From: Minisyncoccota bacterium
Lineage (GTDB): Bacteria; Patescibacteriota; Minisyncoccia; Phycocordibacterales; UBA9973
Assembly (NCBI GenBank): GCA_035714785.1
Contig: DASTLQ010000004.1
Span: 48,248 to 112,247 of the forward strand
Length of the DNA stretch: 64,000 bases
Reading direction: 5' to 3'
Shown here: piece after piece, positions 45,929 to 56,853 of the stretch
Numbering within the stretch: position 1 is the first letter of the stretch
Layout: every line of letters begins with the position of its first letter
The notes under the pieces: generated by a model
Database searches by the model: none
Seen by the model: the letters and a program-made list of their open reading frames with translations, nothing else
Told to the model about the DNA's origin: nothing
Program-made: the position numbers and the translations under genes

Positions 45929-47031
45929 TGTTCACCTCCTGTTCCAGTTCCTGTCGGAATGACGGGCTTAGCGTTATCAGAGTTTTGCACCCAAGTAGTG
46001 AGCTTGGAATCCCTTACAGCCTGTGCTTGCATGATACGGCCCGTAGTGTTTACCACTTCCGTACTTGCGCCCTTGAAATTATCTACAAGCTGTTTTATTT
46101 CTACTCCTTTTGCCTCTGCCAACTTTTTTTGTCGGTCAAAATCAGCTTGCGTTTCGATATCGGTTTTGGCTTTGTATAACTCAGCTTTAATAATACCAGC
46201 CTCCTTTTCTTTTTTTGCGGTTTCCACTTTGGCATTTCCTTCTTCAATAGCAAGAGCAACTGCCTGCATAGCTTTTACTGTTTCATTGTCACCAGCTTGA
46301 TAGTCATTAATGGCTATGCTTATTATCATTACTCCTACTAAATCAATTAATGCCTCATTGAAAGCACCATTTGGATCTTTTAGGTGGCTTAAAACTCCAC
46401 CCACTTCACCTTTATTTTGGGACATGAATTCTCCGAGAGTCATGTCGTTTAGCTTGTCAATTACAGCACTTTCTAGAAGACTACCCATTTGGGTAAAAAA
46501 GTTACCGTTAAATACATATAAAGGAATGTATGCATTAACGACTTGAAATTGCACTATAATTTTAAGGTGAACCGTTAGCCTATCTTTCATTTCTATGTCG
46601 GTAAAGACGTACGGGCGGGGAGCCTCAAAACGTAGATGGTCCACAATTTCTGTCGTGGCAGGTGCCATCCAGTTTGATGGTTCAGTGCCTCTGAGATTTT
46701 CTTTTTGTTTTGTTATCTGGAACTGTCTCACTCTATAAAAAGGATAAAATCCAAAATAATATATTCCATATTTGTCGCGAAGTCTTCTATTTCGGGGGCT
46801 TAGCTGTTGGGTTCTTCCGTTTGATTTTTCAATCAATCGTGTTTTTTGGTCCACTATGTATCCTGGAACTTCCATTATAACGTGATCCAAGATATCTCCC
46901 TTTTCGATATATTTTATTCCATTTGATTTACCAAATGTATAAAAAATATCTAAAAGTGCTAGGGCTCTTATTATATAGGATCTTAAGACCCAAATTATAA
47001 TCAAGAGTAGTGCGATGATGTAAGTTTCCAT
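45925..47031 (-). CDS. SPFH/band-7 domain protein (stomatin/flotillin-like)
   Basis: N-terminal TM, a band-7 core (VFTDIEMKDRLTVHLKIIVQFQVVNAYIPLYVF...), and a C-terminal Ala/Glu/Lys-rich coiled coil. Confidence 0.65.
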   Translation of the reverse strand: METYIIALLLIIIWVLRSYIIRALALLDIFYTFGKSNGIKYIEKGDILDHVIMEVPGYIVDQKTRLIEKSNGRTQQLSPRNRRLRDKYGIYYFGFYPFYRVRQFQITKQKENLRGTEPSNWMAPATTEIVDHLRFEAPRPYVFTDIEMKDRLTVHLKIIVQFQVVNAYIPLYVFNGNFFTQMGSLLESAVIDKLNDMTLGEFMSQNKGEVGGVLSHLKDPNGAFNEALIDLVGVMIISIAINDYQAGDNETVKAMQAVALAIEEGNAKVETAKKEKEAGIIKAELYKAKTDIETQADFDRQKKLAEAKGVEIKQLVDNFKGASTEVVNTTGRIMQAQAVRDSKLTTWVQNSDNAKPVIPTGTGTGGEQ

Positions 47032-47179
47032 TTTTTTATTCCTTATATTAAATTTTCAATGATGATTATTTACTTTCACACTACAACAAAATACAAAAAA
47101 GTCAAGCCGAGTGGCCTGACTTTTTGTGATTAGATTATGGAATATTTTTCGGTGGTTTTAGCCTTACTCTCTATATTCC

Positions 47180-47908
47180 TTACGCGTGTTTCATTGGAGC
47201 AGAGCGATACTGTGATTCACCTCCGAAATATTTTCTCCAGATAAAGACAATCGCGCCGATTAGTATGACGAATATAATCCACTGAAGGATGCCTGTAGGA
47301 AAGAATCCACGAGAACCGAATACTGCGTTTGCGGTGAGGCTCTTGTAGCTTTCGTCGCCACGAATTGTGCCACTTGTATTTCCCGACATACTTTCATAAC
47401 CAGTTAGTGCACTAGCACCATAGGATCCGCCAGTGTATGAGGTATATCCTGTGGGAGCAGTAGAATTTACTACAAAGGAAGCAGGATTTGAAAATCCACC
47501 ACCTGGCATATCGTTTATCACTGTGATGTATTGTCTGCCTGGTGTCATCACATCTCGTTCATTAAGCTGTACTACTAGGCGAGTGGGACTCACATAGGTG
47601 ACAGTGCGAGGAGCGTCATTAAAGCGAACATTGGAGCTCGGAATAAAACCATTTCCTGTAATAGTGACTTTTATTATTTGTGCTTGAACTGTCGCGCTAT
47701 CAGGTGTGATAGATAGGATGTATGGTACTGGGTTTAGGGCCGGGGTAGAAGGGTTGTAGTTCCCGCCTGGGTTATATGACGGTCCTGTGTCTGCAAATGG
47801 GGCAGGCTGAAAATACGTATAAACTCGTGCGTCTGAAATACCTGGAAAAGCTAGGAAAAACCCTGAAATTCCAAGGATTATTAAGTTGTATTTAATGATA
47901 TTACTCAT
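47180..47908 (-). CDS. membrane-anchored IPT/TIG (Ig-like) domain protein
   Basis: Start trimmed to the Met at 47908, because the longer ORF overlaps tRNA-Leu. Signal/TM, ITPDSATVQAQIIKVTITGNGF Ig-like, and a C-terminal TM helix. Confidence 0.45.
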   Translation of the reverse strand: MSNIIKYNLIILGISGFFLAFPGISDARVYTYFQPAPFADTGPSYNPGGNYNPSTPALNPVPYILSITPDSATVQAQIIKVTITGNGFIPSSNVRFNDAPRTVTYVSPTRLVVQLNERDVMTPGRQYITVINDMPGGGFSNPASFVVNSTAPTGYTSYTGGSYGASALTGYESMSGNTSGTIRGDESYKSLTANAVFGSRGFFPTGILQWIIFVILIGAIVFIWRKYFGGESQYRSAPMKHA

Positions 47909-47944
47909 AAGTAATAGTATATCACCTTTAGAGCAAAATGTCAA

Positions 47945-48029
47945 GGTGCTGGAGGAGGGACTCGAACCCTCAAGCCTTGCGGCACTAGTTCCTAAGACTA
48001 GCGCGTATACCAATTCCGCCACTCCAGCA
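47945..48029 (-). tRNA. tRNA-Leu (anticodon TAG), type II
   Basis: Reverse complement GCTGGAGTGGCGGAATTGGTATACGCGCTAGTCTTAGGAACTAGTGCCGCAAGGCTTGAGGGTTCGAGTCCCTCCTCCAGCACC. Anticodon loop CTTAGGA, long variable arm. Confidence 0.9.
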
Positions 48030-48058
48030 AACAAAATACTTTCATGCATCATACTGCA

Positions 48059-48134
48059 TGGTGCGCCCAGAGGGAATCGAACCCCCGACCATCTCCTTAA
48101 GAGGGAGCTGCTCTACCAGCTGAGCTATGGGCGC
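48059..48134 (-). tRNA. tRNA-Lys (anticodon CTT)
   Basis: Reverse complement GCGCCCATAGCTCAGCTGGTAGAGCAGCTCCCTCTTAAGGAGATGGTCGGGGGTTCGATTCCCTCTGGGCGCACCA. Anticodon loop CTCTTAA, CCA encoded. Confidence 0.9.
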
Positions 48135-48146
48135 ATTACTATTTCC

Positions 48147-48230
48147 GGTGCCCGAGGTGGGAGTCGAACCCACATGCCTTACGGCGATCGATCTTAAGTC
48201 GATTGCGGCTACCAATTACGCCACTCGGGC
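48147..48230 (-). tRNA. tRNA-Leu (anticodon TAA), type II
   Basis: Reverse complement GCCCGAGTGGCGTAATTGGTAGCCGCAATCGACTTAAGATCGATCGCCGTAAGGCATGTGGGTTCGACTCCCACCTCGGGCACC. Anticodon loop CTTAAGA. Confidence 0.9.
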
Positions 48231-48295
48231 AATTGCCGTCTTTGTAAAAGAAGCACTCGGACCATTATATTGTTATCTCTTTCAAATTACAATAG

Positions 48296-48367
48296 AGGCC
48301 TGGGGCGGAATTGAACCGCCGTATATTCCTTTTGCAGAGGAATGCCTTACCACTTGGCTACCAGGCC
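48296..48367 (-). tRNA. tRNA-Cys (anticodon GCA)
   Basis: Reverse complement GGCCTGGTAGCCAAGTGGTAAGGCATTCCTCTGCAAAAGGAATATACGGCGGTTCAATTCCGCCCCAGGCCT. Anticodon loop CTGCAAA, discriminator U. Confidence 0.9.
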
Positions 48368-48411
48368 GTACATTTTATTTATTTTACAAGCTGAGCGCTT
48401 TTGCTTTAATC

Positions 48412-48714
48412 CTACTCACCGCGAAGCAATTCGTCAATTTTTTGCCTGTTCTTTTCTCCGCGATCTATTTCTATGTCTATAAAAGGAACAATCTTTGTAT
48501 TCAAACTTTTCTTTAAAACTTCTCTTATTTCTCTTCGCTTTCGCTTGGCAAAACCTATGGCAGCGTTTTCTTTGTCTTCGGGTAGGACTGTGATAAAGAC
48601 TGTACCACGCTTCATATCTTCAGAAATCAAACAGTTTGTGACAGTGATTAGGGAAGTACCGTTGCCTTCTTCGCCGAGAAAGCGAGCGGTGACTTCTTTT
48701 ACCAAACTTTGCAT
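48412..48714 (-). CDS. rbfA: ribosome-binding factor A
   Basis: Sits immediately downstream of infB. About 100 aa KH-like protein with SLVKEVTARFL...GTSLITVTNCLISEDMKRGTVFITVL, resembling RbfA (R..R....I...LA.IL...L..P.L..VTVT.V.VS.DL..A.VYV). Confidence 0.6.
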   Translation of the reverse strand: MQSLVKEVTARFLGEEGNGTSLITVTNCLISEDMKRGTVFITVLPEDKENAAIGFAKRKRREIREVLKKSLNTKIVPFIDIEIDRGEKNRQKIDELLRGE

Positions 48715-48715
48715 G

Positions 48716-50233
48716 TTATCTTTGCGTGACATTGATTGATTCAATTACGTCTCCGGGAGCGATTTCTACACTTGATTCCATCATCATTCCGAATTCGGCT
48801 CCTTCTTCGACTTCTCGGACCTTTGTTTTGTTCTTTTCAAGATTTGTAATCTTACCTTTACCTATCTCAAAATCTCGGCGCATGATTCTAGCTTCGCCAT
48901 CCATGGAGAGACGTCCTTCCACTACTTTTCCACCTGCGATTTGTTTATCACGATTCTTGCTGAATACTTTTAAGATTTTTGCTTTTCCAGTCACTTCCGA
49001 GGTCTCTATTTTAGGACGACGATTTTCCATTTCTTTTTCGAGCCACTCAGTGAGTTTATAGATCACGTCGAAGGTAAAGATGTTTATTCCTTTCTGCATG
49101 GCTATCTCCATAGCACTCTTGTCTGCTTTTACATTAAATCCTATTACTAGCACATTCTCTGGAGTGGTGATTGTCTTTACATCAAATTCAGATACAGGTC
49201 CGGCTCCTTTTTGCACTATGCGAAATTCTGCATTTTCGCTTTTAATTTTATTGACTTCTTTTTCAATGGCTTCAATGCTACCCCAAGCATCTGCTTTCAA
49301 AATGATTGGAATTATTTTTTTGTCGTCCTGTGAAGAAGACTCGGGTGATATTTCATTTTCCGTAATATTTTTTCCAGCTTCCACCGCGTAGCTTTCTGCC
49401 TCTCGTTTGTTTGAGAAACCTTTAAATTCTGCTCCAATGCGTGGCATTTTGCTCCACCCTACTAAGCGAATAGGGGAGGAAAAAGAGGCTTCATTGATCG
49501 CTTTGCCTAAAAAGTTTTCCATGATGTTGGTGGTGCATACGCTATCATTTACCGCTACTGCCATGCCTTTCTTAAGACTTCCGTCTTTAATGACAAGCGT
49601 CGCTTGGATACCTCTTTTTGGATCTAGGTGAGCTTCGATCACGTATCCTGTGGCATTTTTTTCGAGGTCTCCTTGAAATCCTTCCATCAGAGCCATGATG
49701 TTTATTAGTGAAAGGAGGTTATCTACTCCTTCACCAGTTTTTGCAGAAATCTCTGCGACGGGAATTTTACCTCCAAAGTTTTCTAGATATACTTCGTTTT
49801 CTGCAAGTTCAATCTTTGTCTTTTCAATGTTGGCAGCTGGCTTGTCTATTTTATTTATTGCCACAATAAAAGGAATACCGCTTTCAATGATGGTATTTTT
49901 TGCTTCAATGGTTTGAGGCTTTACTCCGTCCTCAGCAGAGACTATCAGAATCGCGATGTCTGCTACTAGAGCACCTCGCTCTCTCATCTTGGTAAATGAT
50001 TCATGGCCGGGAGTATCTAAAAAAGTAATTTTTCTTTCTACTCCATCTTCGTCGTTATGTTTTACTTCATAGGCTGAAAGTGTTTGGGTGATTCCGCCAG
50101 CTTCTTTTTCTACAATGTTGGTGTTGCGAAGATAGTCGAGCAGGGTAGATTTACCATGGTCGATATGTCCCATGATAACTACTACTGGCGCTCTTTCCGA
50201 GAGCGCATTTTGTTTTGCTTCTTGATTTTTCAT
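48716..50233 (-). CDS. infB: translation initiation factor IF-2 (short form lacking N-terminal domains)
   Basis: G-domain [23 protein letters not shown] and NKID, followed by beta-barrel domains. Confidence 0.9.
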   Translation of the reverse strand: MKNQEAKQNALSERAPVVVIMGHIDHGKSTLLDYLRNTNIVEKEAGGITQTLSAYEVKHNDEDGVERKITFLDTPGHESFTKMRERGALVADIAILIVSAEDGVKPQTIEAKNTIIESGIPFIVAINKIDKPAANIEKTKIELAENEVYLENFGGKIPVAEISAKTGEGVDNLLSLINIMALMEGFQGDLEKNATGYVIEAHLDPKRGIQATLVIKDGSLKKGMAVAVNDSVCTTNIMENFLGKAINEASFSSPIRLVGWSKMPRIGAEFKGFSNKREAESYAVEAGKNITENEISPESSSQDDKKIIPIILKADAWGSIEAIEKEVNKIKSENAEFRIVQKGAGPVSEFDVKTITTPENVLVIGFNVKADKSAMEIAMQKGINIFTFDVIYKLTEWLEKEMENRRPKIETSEVTGKAKILKVFSKNRDKQIAGGKVVEGRLSMDGEARIMRRDFEIGKGKITNLEKNKTKVREVEEGAEFGMMMESSVEIAPGDVIESINVTQR

Positions 50234-50235
50234 AG

Positions 50236-50691
50236 TTATACTTTTGCTCGCTCCAATGCATCCTTTTCTTCGGCAGTGAGTTCGTAAGTAGAGTCTCCTT
50301 TTTTAATCGGCTTAGCGAAGACACTCATTCTTTCCCTTGAATACAAACTGGAAAGAACTACTCCATCACCTTCTTCATTTAAAAGTCCGATGGCAAAGCT
50401 TTGGTTGCTTCCTTGGTCTGGAAATGGATTGAATCGAATTGTTTCAAGACCGCGGATGCTCTTTTTTAGTTTGGCTTCAATGATGGCGATTTCTTTCTCA
50501 AATTTTGCTTTGGCAGTTTCTAGCTTTGCGATTTGATCCTGCATAGAAAGGATAGTCTCCTCTAGATCTTTGGCTTTTTTGCCAAGGAAGAATTTCTTTA
50601 GTCTCGTTTCTGTGCGAAGTGCCCAAGCAATGCCGATGATTACGGCCAAGAGGAGAATACCTAAAAAAATAATTTGGAGCTTTGGATCCAT
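50236..50691 (-). CDS. DUF4446-like membrane-anchored coiled-coil protein
   Basis: N-terminal TM helix, a coiled coil, and a C-terminal domain. Confidence 0.35.
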   Translation of the reverse strand: MDPKLQIIFLGILLLAVIIGIAWALRTETRLKKFFLGKKAKDLEETILSMQDQIAKLETAKAKFEKEIAIIEAKLKKSIRGLETIRFNPFPDQGSNQSFAIGLLNEEGDGVVLSSLYSRERMSVFAKPIKKGDSTYELTAEEKDALERAKV

Positions 50692-50754
50692 AGGGTTTCA
50701 ATATATACTATTTCCATGGTTAAATCAAACCGCCAAAAAGTGAAAAACATATAT

Positions 50755-51906
50755 ATGGACTATGCCTCCTCGGCTTCTCCGAACCCTAGTTCGATTCATT
50801 TACAAGGGGTAGGGGCAAAAAATGACCTCGAATCAGCTAGAAAGATGGTGGCTGATGTATTTAGCGCTCGCCCTGATAGTGTGATTTTTACTAGTGGTGG
50901 AACAGAGAGCAACAATCTAGCAATCCAAGGAATCATATTGGGATGGTGGCAGAAAGAGAGAAAATCTGGAAAGAAATTAAATGCCAAATATTTACCTCAC
51001 ATCGTGACTACAAACATTGAACATCCATCTGTACTTGAGACTGTTGGGATGCTTAAAGAGCGAGGACAAGCAGAAGTCACCATATTACCCGTAGAAGTGA
51101 GTGGGATAGTGGATCCAAAGAAAATACGAAAAGCGATTAAAAAAAATACAGTGTTAGTGTCGGTCATGTATGCCAACAATGAAATAGGTACTATCGAACC
51201 GATTCGGGAGATTGCTAAAGAGATCCGTCACTATCGAAAAGAAAATGAAACCGAGTATCCATTTTTTCATACTGATGCTGCTCAGGCACCAAATTATTTA
51301 GAATTAAATACAGAAAGACTCGGAGTAGACATGCTTACTTTGACTGGAGCAAAAATTCCGGAAGCTGGCAGGGTAGGGGTGTTGTATAAAAGAAAATCTG
51401 TTTTGCTCGCTCCGGTCATGGCCGGAGGGGATCAAGAGTTTGGATTGCGCGCAGGCACAGAAAGTATTTTTGAAATTACTAAATTTGCCAAAGCTCTTCG
51501 TCGTGCCGAGAGTGAAAGAGAAAAAGAAAGTAAAAGACTTTTAGGAATTCGTGATTATCTTTACAAAAAAATTCAAAAAATTGTGCCAGAAGTAATCATT
51601 AACGGCGAGATGGAAAACAGATTGCCCAACAATTTAAATATCACCATTCCCCATATTCCGAGCGACCTTTTGGTGATTGAGCTTTCTAGCCGAGGTATCA
51701 TGATTTCAGAAAAAAGTGCATGCAAGTCTGGTGAAGAAAAAGCTTCGCATGTGATAGTGGCGATACGAGAGAAGGAAGGGAAAAATAGTGGCGACACAGG
51801 ATCGCTCCGGTTTTCCCTGGGACGGGATACGACGAAAGCGGATATTGACTATACACTGAAAGCACTTTCAGAGATCTTAATAAAACATAAAAAGTGGTAT
51901 CATTAG
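50755..51906 (+). CDS. cysteine desulfurase (class V aminotransferase, IscS/NifS-like)
   Basis: Start at MDYASS. Motifs FTSGGTESNNLAI, a PLP-lysine region and SACKSGE match the NifS family. Confidence 0.8.
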   Translation: MDYASSASPNPSSIHLQGVGAKNDLESARKMVADVFSARPDSVIFTSGGTESNNLAIQGIILGWWQKERKSGKKLNAKYLPHIVTTNIEHPSVLETVGMLKERGQAEVTILPVEVSGIVDPKKIRKAIKKNTVLVSVMYANNEIGTIEPIREIAKEIRHYRKENETEYPFFHTDAAQAPNYLELNTERLGVDMLTLTGAKIPEAGRVGVLYKRKSVLLAPVMAGGDQEFGLRAGTESIFEITKFAKALRRAESEREKESKRLLGIRDYLYKKIQKIVPEVIINGEMENRLPNNLNITIPHIPSDLLVIELSSRGIMISEKSACKSGEEKASHVIVAIREKEGKNSGDTGSLRFSLGRDTTKADIDYTLKALSEILIKHKKWYH

Positions 51907-51909
51907 TAT

Positions 51910-53121
51910 ATGGAAAAGTTTCCTTCAAATAATAAAAGGAATATAGGCAAGAATATCCGTAACATTGCGGGAGGCATAGGTGTTTCTGCTCTCGCTTTTT
52001 TTGCTGAAAAAGCACTTGAAGGATCAGAGATTAATGTTTCGAATAATAAAAATAATATTGAAAATAAAATTGAATGGGAAAGAAATGAATTGGAGTTTCA
52101 GGAGGGATCTATGGAAAATATGGCTTTCAATTTAGCCAAGAAGGAAATTAGGTACGAAGAGGATTTTCGTTCGCATATGGAAAGAATACAATATCTAGAA
52201 AAACTTATACGAGAATATGTAGCTGAGATAGATTATCGTGAATCCAATGGGAAACCTTCTGATAAATATGTTCAAAAAACCACTGAAGAGCTTAGAATAG
52301 CTATTGGTGATAATGAAAAATTGATAAGTCTATGCCAAGTGATGATTGATCAATTGGCTAAAAAAAAGGAGATACTACCAGAATTGGTCAAAGAAAAAAT
52401 TAAAGAAATAAAAAAGAAAATATTCTTTTATGATATAGGAAGACAATGGGTGCTTGATAACATGAAAAATCCAGAATATTCCAATAGACTAAAGGAGGAG
52501 TATCGGTCTGATATCTTAACAGGAAACGAATTGAAAGAATATTTAGAACTAGCAAGATCATATAGAATACATAAAGCATCTGATGGAAATTTTGTTATTT
52601 CACAGAATATTACCGAAAGTCATGGAAATAGCGCAGGAAATGTAGAAGCTTTCTTTGATGCTTCTACACAAACAGTTTTTTTCCCATTAGACATAGATTC
52701 CGTGAATGCAGTTAATTACGCAATACATGAATATGCTCATAAGATAACTACTGGAAATATATTTCTATCCTCCAAAGCCATTTCACTTTTTAAAGATGCC
52801 TTTAATAGTTTGTCTATGTTGGAAAATGTAGACTCAAATGCCAATATTTTAAAAATCATTTCTTATTACTCTGATCCTACTGAAATGTATGCACGAAAAA
52901 AAGTATTTGAACATGACTTAGAAGTATTGGGAGTAAAAAAGTATGAAGAACAATTTACAAAAGAACATTACCTTAAAGCGTTACAACTCGAGAAGGAAGG
53001 CAAGTTAAATAACGATAGTCGCGAATTTTTGCTTATTATAAAACCGAATATGATCGAAAAAGTGATGAATGAAATTGCGGATGCGGATTTTAATGAAAAG
53101 GAAGTGGAGGGAATGGTCTAA
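51910..53121 (+). CDS. hypothetical membrane-anchored coiled-coil protein with HExxH-like motif; markedly AT-rich gene
   Basis: One N-terminal TM helix, a long Lys/Glu-rich coiled coil, and AIHEYAHK (HEXXH) followed by SDPTEMYARK. No family assigned. Confidence 0.35.
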   Translation: MEKFPSNNKRNIGKNIRNIAGGIGVSALAFFAEKALEGSEINVSNNKNNIENKIEWERNELEFQEGSMENMAFNLAKKEIRYEEDFRSHMERIQYLEKLIREYVAEIDYRESNGKPSDKYVQKTTEELRIAIGDNEKLISLCQVMIDQLAKKKEILPELVKEKIKEIKKKIFFYDIGRQWVLDNMKNPEYSNRLKEEYRSDILTGNELKEYLELARSYRIHKASDGNFVISQNITESHGNSAGNVEAFFDASTQTVFFPLDIDSVNAVNYAIHEYAHKITTGNIFLSSKAISLFKDAFNSLSMLENVDSNANILKIISYYSDPTEMYARKKVFEHDLEVLGVKKYEEQFTKEHYLKALQLEKEGKLNNDSREFLLIIKPNMIEKVMNEIADADFNEKEVEGMV

Positions 53122-53243
53122 CCAAAAAATGGTATCGATAATAACACCATCTTTAATTTGATTTTAATAAAATTGTGCTATAATACCTTGATAAGCGGCA
53201 GATTTCTCTGAAATTTATTAGGGTTTTTGTCGTCTTAAAACAT

Positions 53244-55943
53244 ATGCCACCACTACATAAATTTACAGCTAAATCACGTGACGCCATTAAAAAGGCTCAC
53301 GAGCTTGCTATTGAACGAGGACAAAACCATGTGTCTTCGCTTCATCTTTTAGCAGCTATGCTTCTCCAAGAAGAGAGCATGGTGAATTCCATTTTAGATA
53401 AACTAGAAGTAGACACGGTTCTTTTGACTGACGCAGTGCTTGAGTCTATAGAGATGCCTGAGACCAACAGCACTCTGTCGCCTTCATATCAGATATATTT
53501 GAATCCTGATTTAGCTCAGGTGATTGAGCACTCGGTAAAGCTGGCAGAATACATGAAGGATGATTTTGTTTCGACCGAGCATCTTTTCATCGCTATGCTT
53601 GAAGTACCGGGTGATACTCGAGAACTTTTAGCCCGATACAGAATTTCAAAGGACGGCATCATGAAAGTGTTAGAAGAACTTCGCAGTCAAAACATCACAG
53701 ACGTAGGTGAGCCAAAAAAATTCCGATTGCTTTTGAAATACACTCGAAACCTAACTAAGCTCGCAAAAGAAGACAAGCTTGATCCTGTTATCGGACGTGA
53801 CAAAGAGATCACTCGAATCATGCAGATTCTTTCAAGACGAACTAAAAACAATCCAATTTTAATCGGAGAAGCAGGAACAGGAAAGACAGCAGTGGTGGAA
53901 GGCTTGGCAGAAAGAATCGTAAAGAGTAATGTTTCCGAATCTTTAAAAGACAAGGAGCTAGTATCGCTAGACTTGGGACTTTTGATTGCCGGTACAAAAT
54001 ATCGGGGAGAATTTGAAGAGCGACTAAAAGGATTGATGAAAGAAATTGAAAGAGCGGAAGGAAAGATCATTCTTTTTATCGACGAGATTCATACTATTGT
54101 AGGTGCCGGCGGTACCGAAGGTACTATGGATGCTTCCAATATGTTAAAACCAGCTTTATCCAGAGGGGAGCTTCGGGCCATTGGCGCCACCACTTTGCGA
54201 GAATACCAGAAACATATTGAAAAAGATCCAGCTTTGGCTCGTCGCTTTCAGCCTGTGTATATAGATGAGCCAGTATCTGAGGACGCTATCGCTATCTTAC
54301 GTGGCCTAAAAGAAAAATATGAACTTTTCCATGGGGTGCGAATCACCGATGATGCAATCGTGGCAGCGGTAAATTTTTCTACTCGATATATAACAAACAG
54401 ATTTTTACCAGACAAGGCAGTAGACCTGATCGATGAAGCATCTTCTTCTTTAAAGATTGCACTTGAAAACAAGCCACCAATACTTGAGGAAACTCATCGA
54501 AAGATTATGCGTCTCGAAGTAGAGAAAGAAGCTTTAAAAAAAGAAATCTCTGCTATGGGAGGATCCTTGTCTGCTGAAGAAAAGCGAAAAGAGAAAAGAA
54601 TAAAGGAGAGGATAAAAAATATTGATACGGAGATTGCAAACTATAAAGAAAAGACTCATGAGCTTGAACTAAAATGGCAAAATGAAAAGGAGATCGTGGT
54701 TGAAATTCGTTCTATCAAAAAAGAGCTCGAGACTATGCGTTTAGAAGCTGAAAGTGCCGAGATGCGAGCAGATCTTTCTAGGGCTGCAGAAATTCGTTAT
54801 GGAAAGATTCCTTCTCTAAAAAAGGAACTCGAAACTAAACTTAGCCGTTTGAAGAAACTTCAGCGGTCACGCAGAATTTTGAAAGAAGAAGTGAATGCTG
54901 AAGACGTGGCAGAAGTAGTGGCTCGATGGACTGGAATTCCGCTTACAAAAATGCTTGAGGAAGACAGGGAGAAGCTAGAAAAAATGGAAGGAGAACTTTC
55001 CAGACGCGTTGTTGGACAAAAAGACGCGATTCACCGAGTAGCTGATGTGATACGTCGCTCACGAGCAGGAATCTCGGACCCAAATCGTCCGATTGGTTCT
55101 TTTATTTTCCTTGGTCCTACGGGAGTGGGAAAAACAGAGCTCACAAAAGCACTGGCAGAATTCATGTTCAATGATGACAGCGCTCTCATTAGAGTAGATA
55201 TGTCTGAATATATGGAAAGGCACTCAGTTTCAAAGCTGATTGGTTCTCCTCCCGGATATGTTGGTTACGAAGAATCTGGCCAGCTGACAGAGGCTGTGCG
55301 CCACCGACCGTATTCCGTCGTGCTTTTAGACGAGATTGAAAAGGCTCACCCAGAGATATTCAATATGCTATTGCAGGTGATAGATGAAGGACGTCTGACT
55401 GATGGAAAAGGACGAGTAGTAAATTTCAAAAACACTATCATTATTCTCACTTCAAATATCGGTTCACAGTATGTGGAAAAATTGGAAGCAATCGGATTCT
55501 CCAACAATCAGACTGAGCAGGATTACCATCGCATGAAAGAAAAAATCAACGACGCCTTAAAGGATCATTTTAGACCAGAGTTTTTAAACCGTATAGATGA
55601 AATAGTCACCTTTGATTTGTTGTCCGAGTCCGCAATTAAGGAAATCGTAGGTCATCGCGTAAAAGTAGTAGGAGATAGACTAGCTACCAAAGACATTGGA
55701 TTTAAAATAGACGAGGAAGCACTGGTGCTCTTGGCCAAAGAAGGATACGATCCACATTACGGAGCTCGACCACTTAACCGTTTGATCCAAAACAAGATTC
55801 TAAATCCAGTAGCTACCTTCATCATCTCAAACGGAGTATCCGCAGGTGATACTATCTTTGTGCATGTAAAAAACGGAGAGCTTGCCATTGAAGCAAAAAA
55901 GGGCCGAGCCAAAAGCCGAATGCCCGTAAAGTCTCGTTCCTAA
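53244..55943 (+). CDS. clpB: ATP-dependent chaperone ClpB
   Basis: Clp N domain, two AAA+ modules ([15 protein letters not shown] and [15 protein letters not shown]), and a long middle coiled-coil (M) domain. Confidence 0.9.
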   Translation: MPPLHKFTAKSRDAIKKAHELAIERGQNHVSSLHLLAAMLLQEESMVNSILDKLEVDTVLLTDAVLESIEMPETNSTLSPSYQIYLNPDLAQVIEHSVKLAEYMKDDFVSTEHLFIAMLEVPGDTRELLARYRISKDGIMKVLEELRSQNITDVGEPKKFRLLLKYTRNLTKLAKEDKLDPVIGRDKEITRIMQILSRRTKNNPILIGEAGTGKTAVVEGLAERIVKSNVSESLKDKELVSLDLGLLIAGTKYRGEFEERLKGLMKEIERAEGKIILFIDEIHTIVGAGGTEGTMDASNMLKPALSRGELRAIGATTLREYQKHIEKDPALARRFQPVYIDEPVSEDAIAILRGLKEKYELFHGVRITDDAIVAAVNFSTRYITNRFLPDKAVDLIDEASSSLKIALENKPPILEETHRKIMRLEVEKEALKKEISAMGGSLSAEEKRKEKRIKERIKNIDTEIANYKEKTHELELKWQNEKEIVVEIRSIKKELETMRLEAESAEMRADLSRAAEIRYGKIPSLKKELETKLSRLKKLQRSRRILKEEVNAEDVAEVVARWTGIPLTKMLEEDREKLEKMEGELSRRVVGQKDAIHRVADVIRRSRAGISDPNRPIGSFIFLGPTGVGKTELTKALAEFMFNDDSALIRVDMSEYMERHSVSKLIGSPPGYVGYEESGQLTEAVRHRPYSVVLLDEIEKAHPEIFNMLLQVIDEGRLTDGKGRVVNFKNTIIILTSNIGSQYVEKLEAIGFSNNQTEQDYHRMKEKINDALKDHFRPEFLNRIDEIVTFDLLSESAIKEIVGHRVKVVGDRLATKDIGFKIDEEALVLLAKEGYDPHYGARPLNRLIQNKILNPVATFIISNGVSAGDTIFVHVKNGELAIEAKKGRAKSRMPVKSRS

Positions 55944-55992
55944 CAAACATTACAAAAGAAGGACATGATCCTCGTAACCTTTTTGAAGGATT

Positions 55993-56784
55993 ATGCCCAG
56001 ACGTTGGACAACCACAGAAGAAAATAAATATCGCTTGGAATTATTTTCGCTTTATATAGAGCAAAACAAAAGCCTGCGTGAAGTTGCTTTAGCTCTTAAT
56101 ATTACGGAAGCCAGTGTGTTCTCAAGATTAAAAAGATTGGGAATAAAAACTTGCCCGACTCTCAAGGATAACTATCTTCGAAAAAGAAAAGATTTAACGA
56201 TTCCCACAGAGTACTCAGCAGACTTGGCGGAATTCTTTGGTGTCATGCTTGGGGATGGACACCTCAGTCATTTTCAGGCTACGGTTACGTTAGGTAATAA
56301 GGAAAAAAACTACGCTGAGCATGTAAGTGTACTTTTTCAAAAAGTTTTTGGCGTAGCAGGTACGATTTGCGTACGGAAGAGCTTGTATAGAGATGTGTAT
56401 CTTGGCTCGGTAGAGGTTACATCGTGGTTGTTTAAAGAAGGTCTTGTTTCTAATAAGGTGAAATCACAAGTGAATGCACCTTCTTGGATATTTCGAGAAA
56501 GTATTCTCATGGAAAATTTTTTACGAGGATTTTTTGATACTGACGGATCAGTTTATAAATTAAAATTTGGCATTCAGATTTCGTTCTGCAACAGATCGTT
56601 ACCGTTGCTGGAATCTTTACATTTAATGCTAAAAAAGTTAAAATACCATCCGTCAAATATCAGTGGTTTTAATTTTTATCTTACTAGACGAAAAGAAGTC
56701 AAAAGATTCTTTGAAGAGGTAAGGCCTGCTAATTCAAAGCACGTTAGGAGATATTTTGAAATAATGAATGCGTCGGTCGGATAG
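55993..56784 (+). CDS. free-standing double-motif LAGLIDADG homing endonuclease with N-terminal HTH region
   Basis: Motifs FFGVMLGDGHL and LRGFFDTDGSVY. The 3' end overlaps the first ~15 nt of tRNA-Tyr. Confidence 0.7.
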   Translation: MPRRWTTTEENKYRLELFSLYIEQNKSLREVALALNITEASVFSRLKRLGIKTCPTLKDNYLRKRKDLTIPTEYSADLAEFFGVMLGDGHLSHFQATVTLGNKEKNYAEHVSVLFQKVFGVAGTICVRKSLYRDVYLGSVEVTSWLFKEGLVSNKVKSQVNAPSWIFRESILMENFLRGFFDTDGSVYKLKFGIQISFCNRSLPLLESLHLMLKKLKYHPSNISGFNFYLTRRKEVKRFFEEVRPANSKHVRRYFEIMNASVG

Positions 56785-56853
56785 TGGCTATTCCAGGAGA
56801 CTGTAAATCTCCCGCCTTAATTGGCATCGGTGGTTCGAGTCCACCCCGGCGCA
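56770..56853 (+). tRNA. tRNA-Tyr (anticodon GTA), type II
   Basis: GCGTCGGTCGGATAGTGGCTATTCCAGGAGACTGTAAATCTCCCGCCTTAATTGGCATCGGTGGTTCGAGTCCACCCCGGCGCA. Anticodon loop CTGTAAA, long variable arm. Confidence 0.85.

Noticed and set aside
47909-48052. N-terminal extension of ORF 47180..48052 (MMHESILFAGVAELVYALVLG...)
   Set aside because: It overlaps tRNA-Leu(TAG) on the same strand, so the start was moved to the Met at 47908, which is followed by a signal/TM helix.
53150-53243. Heat-shock operator (CIRCE or CtsR box) upstream of clpB
   Set aside because: No TTAGCACTC-N9-GAGTGCTAA or GGTCAAA repeat was found. Only a TGcTATAAT extended -10-like motif is present.
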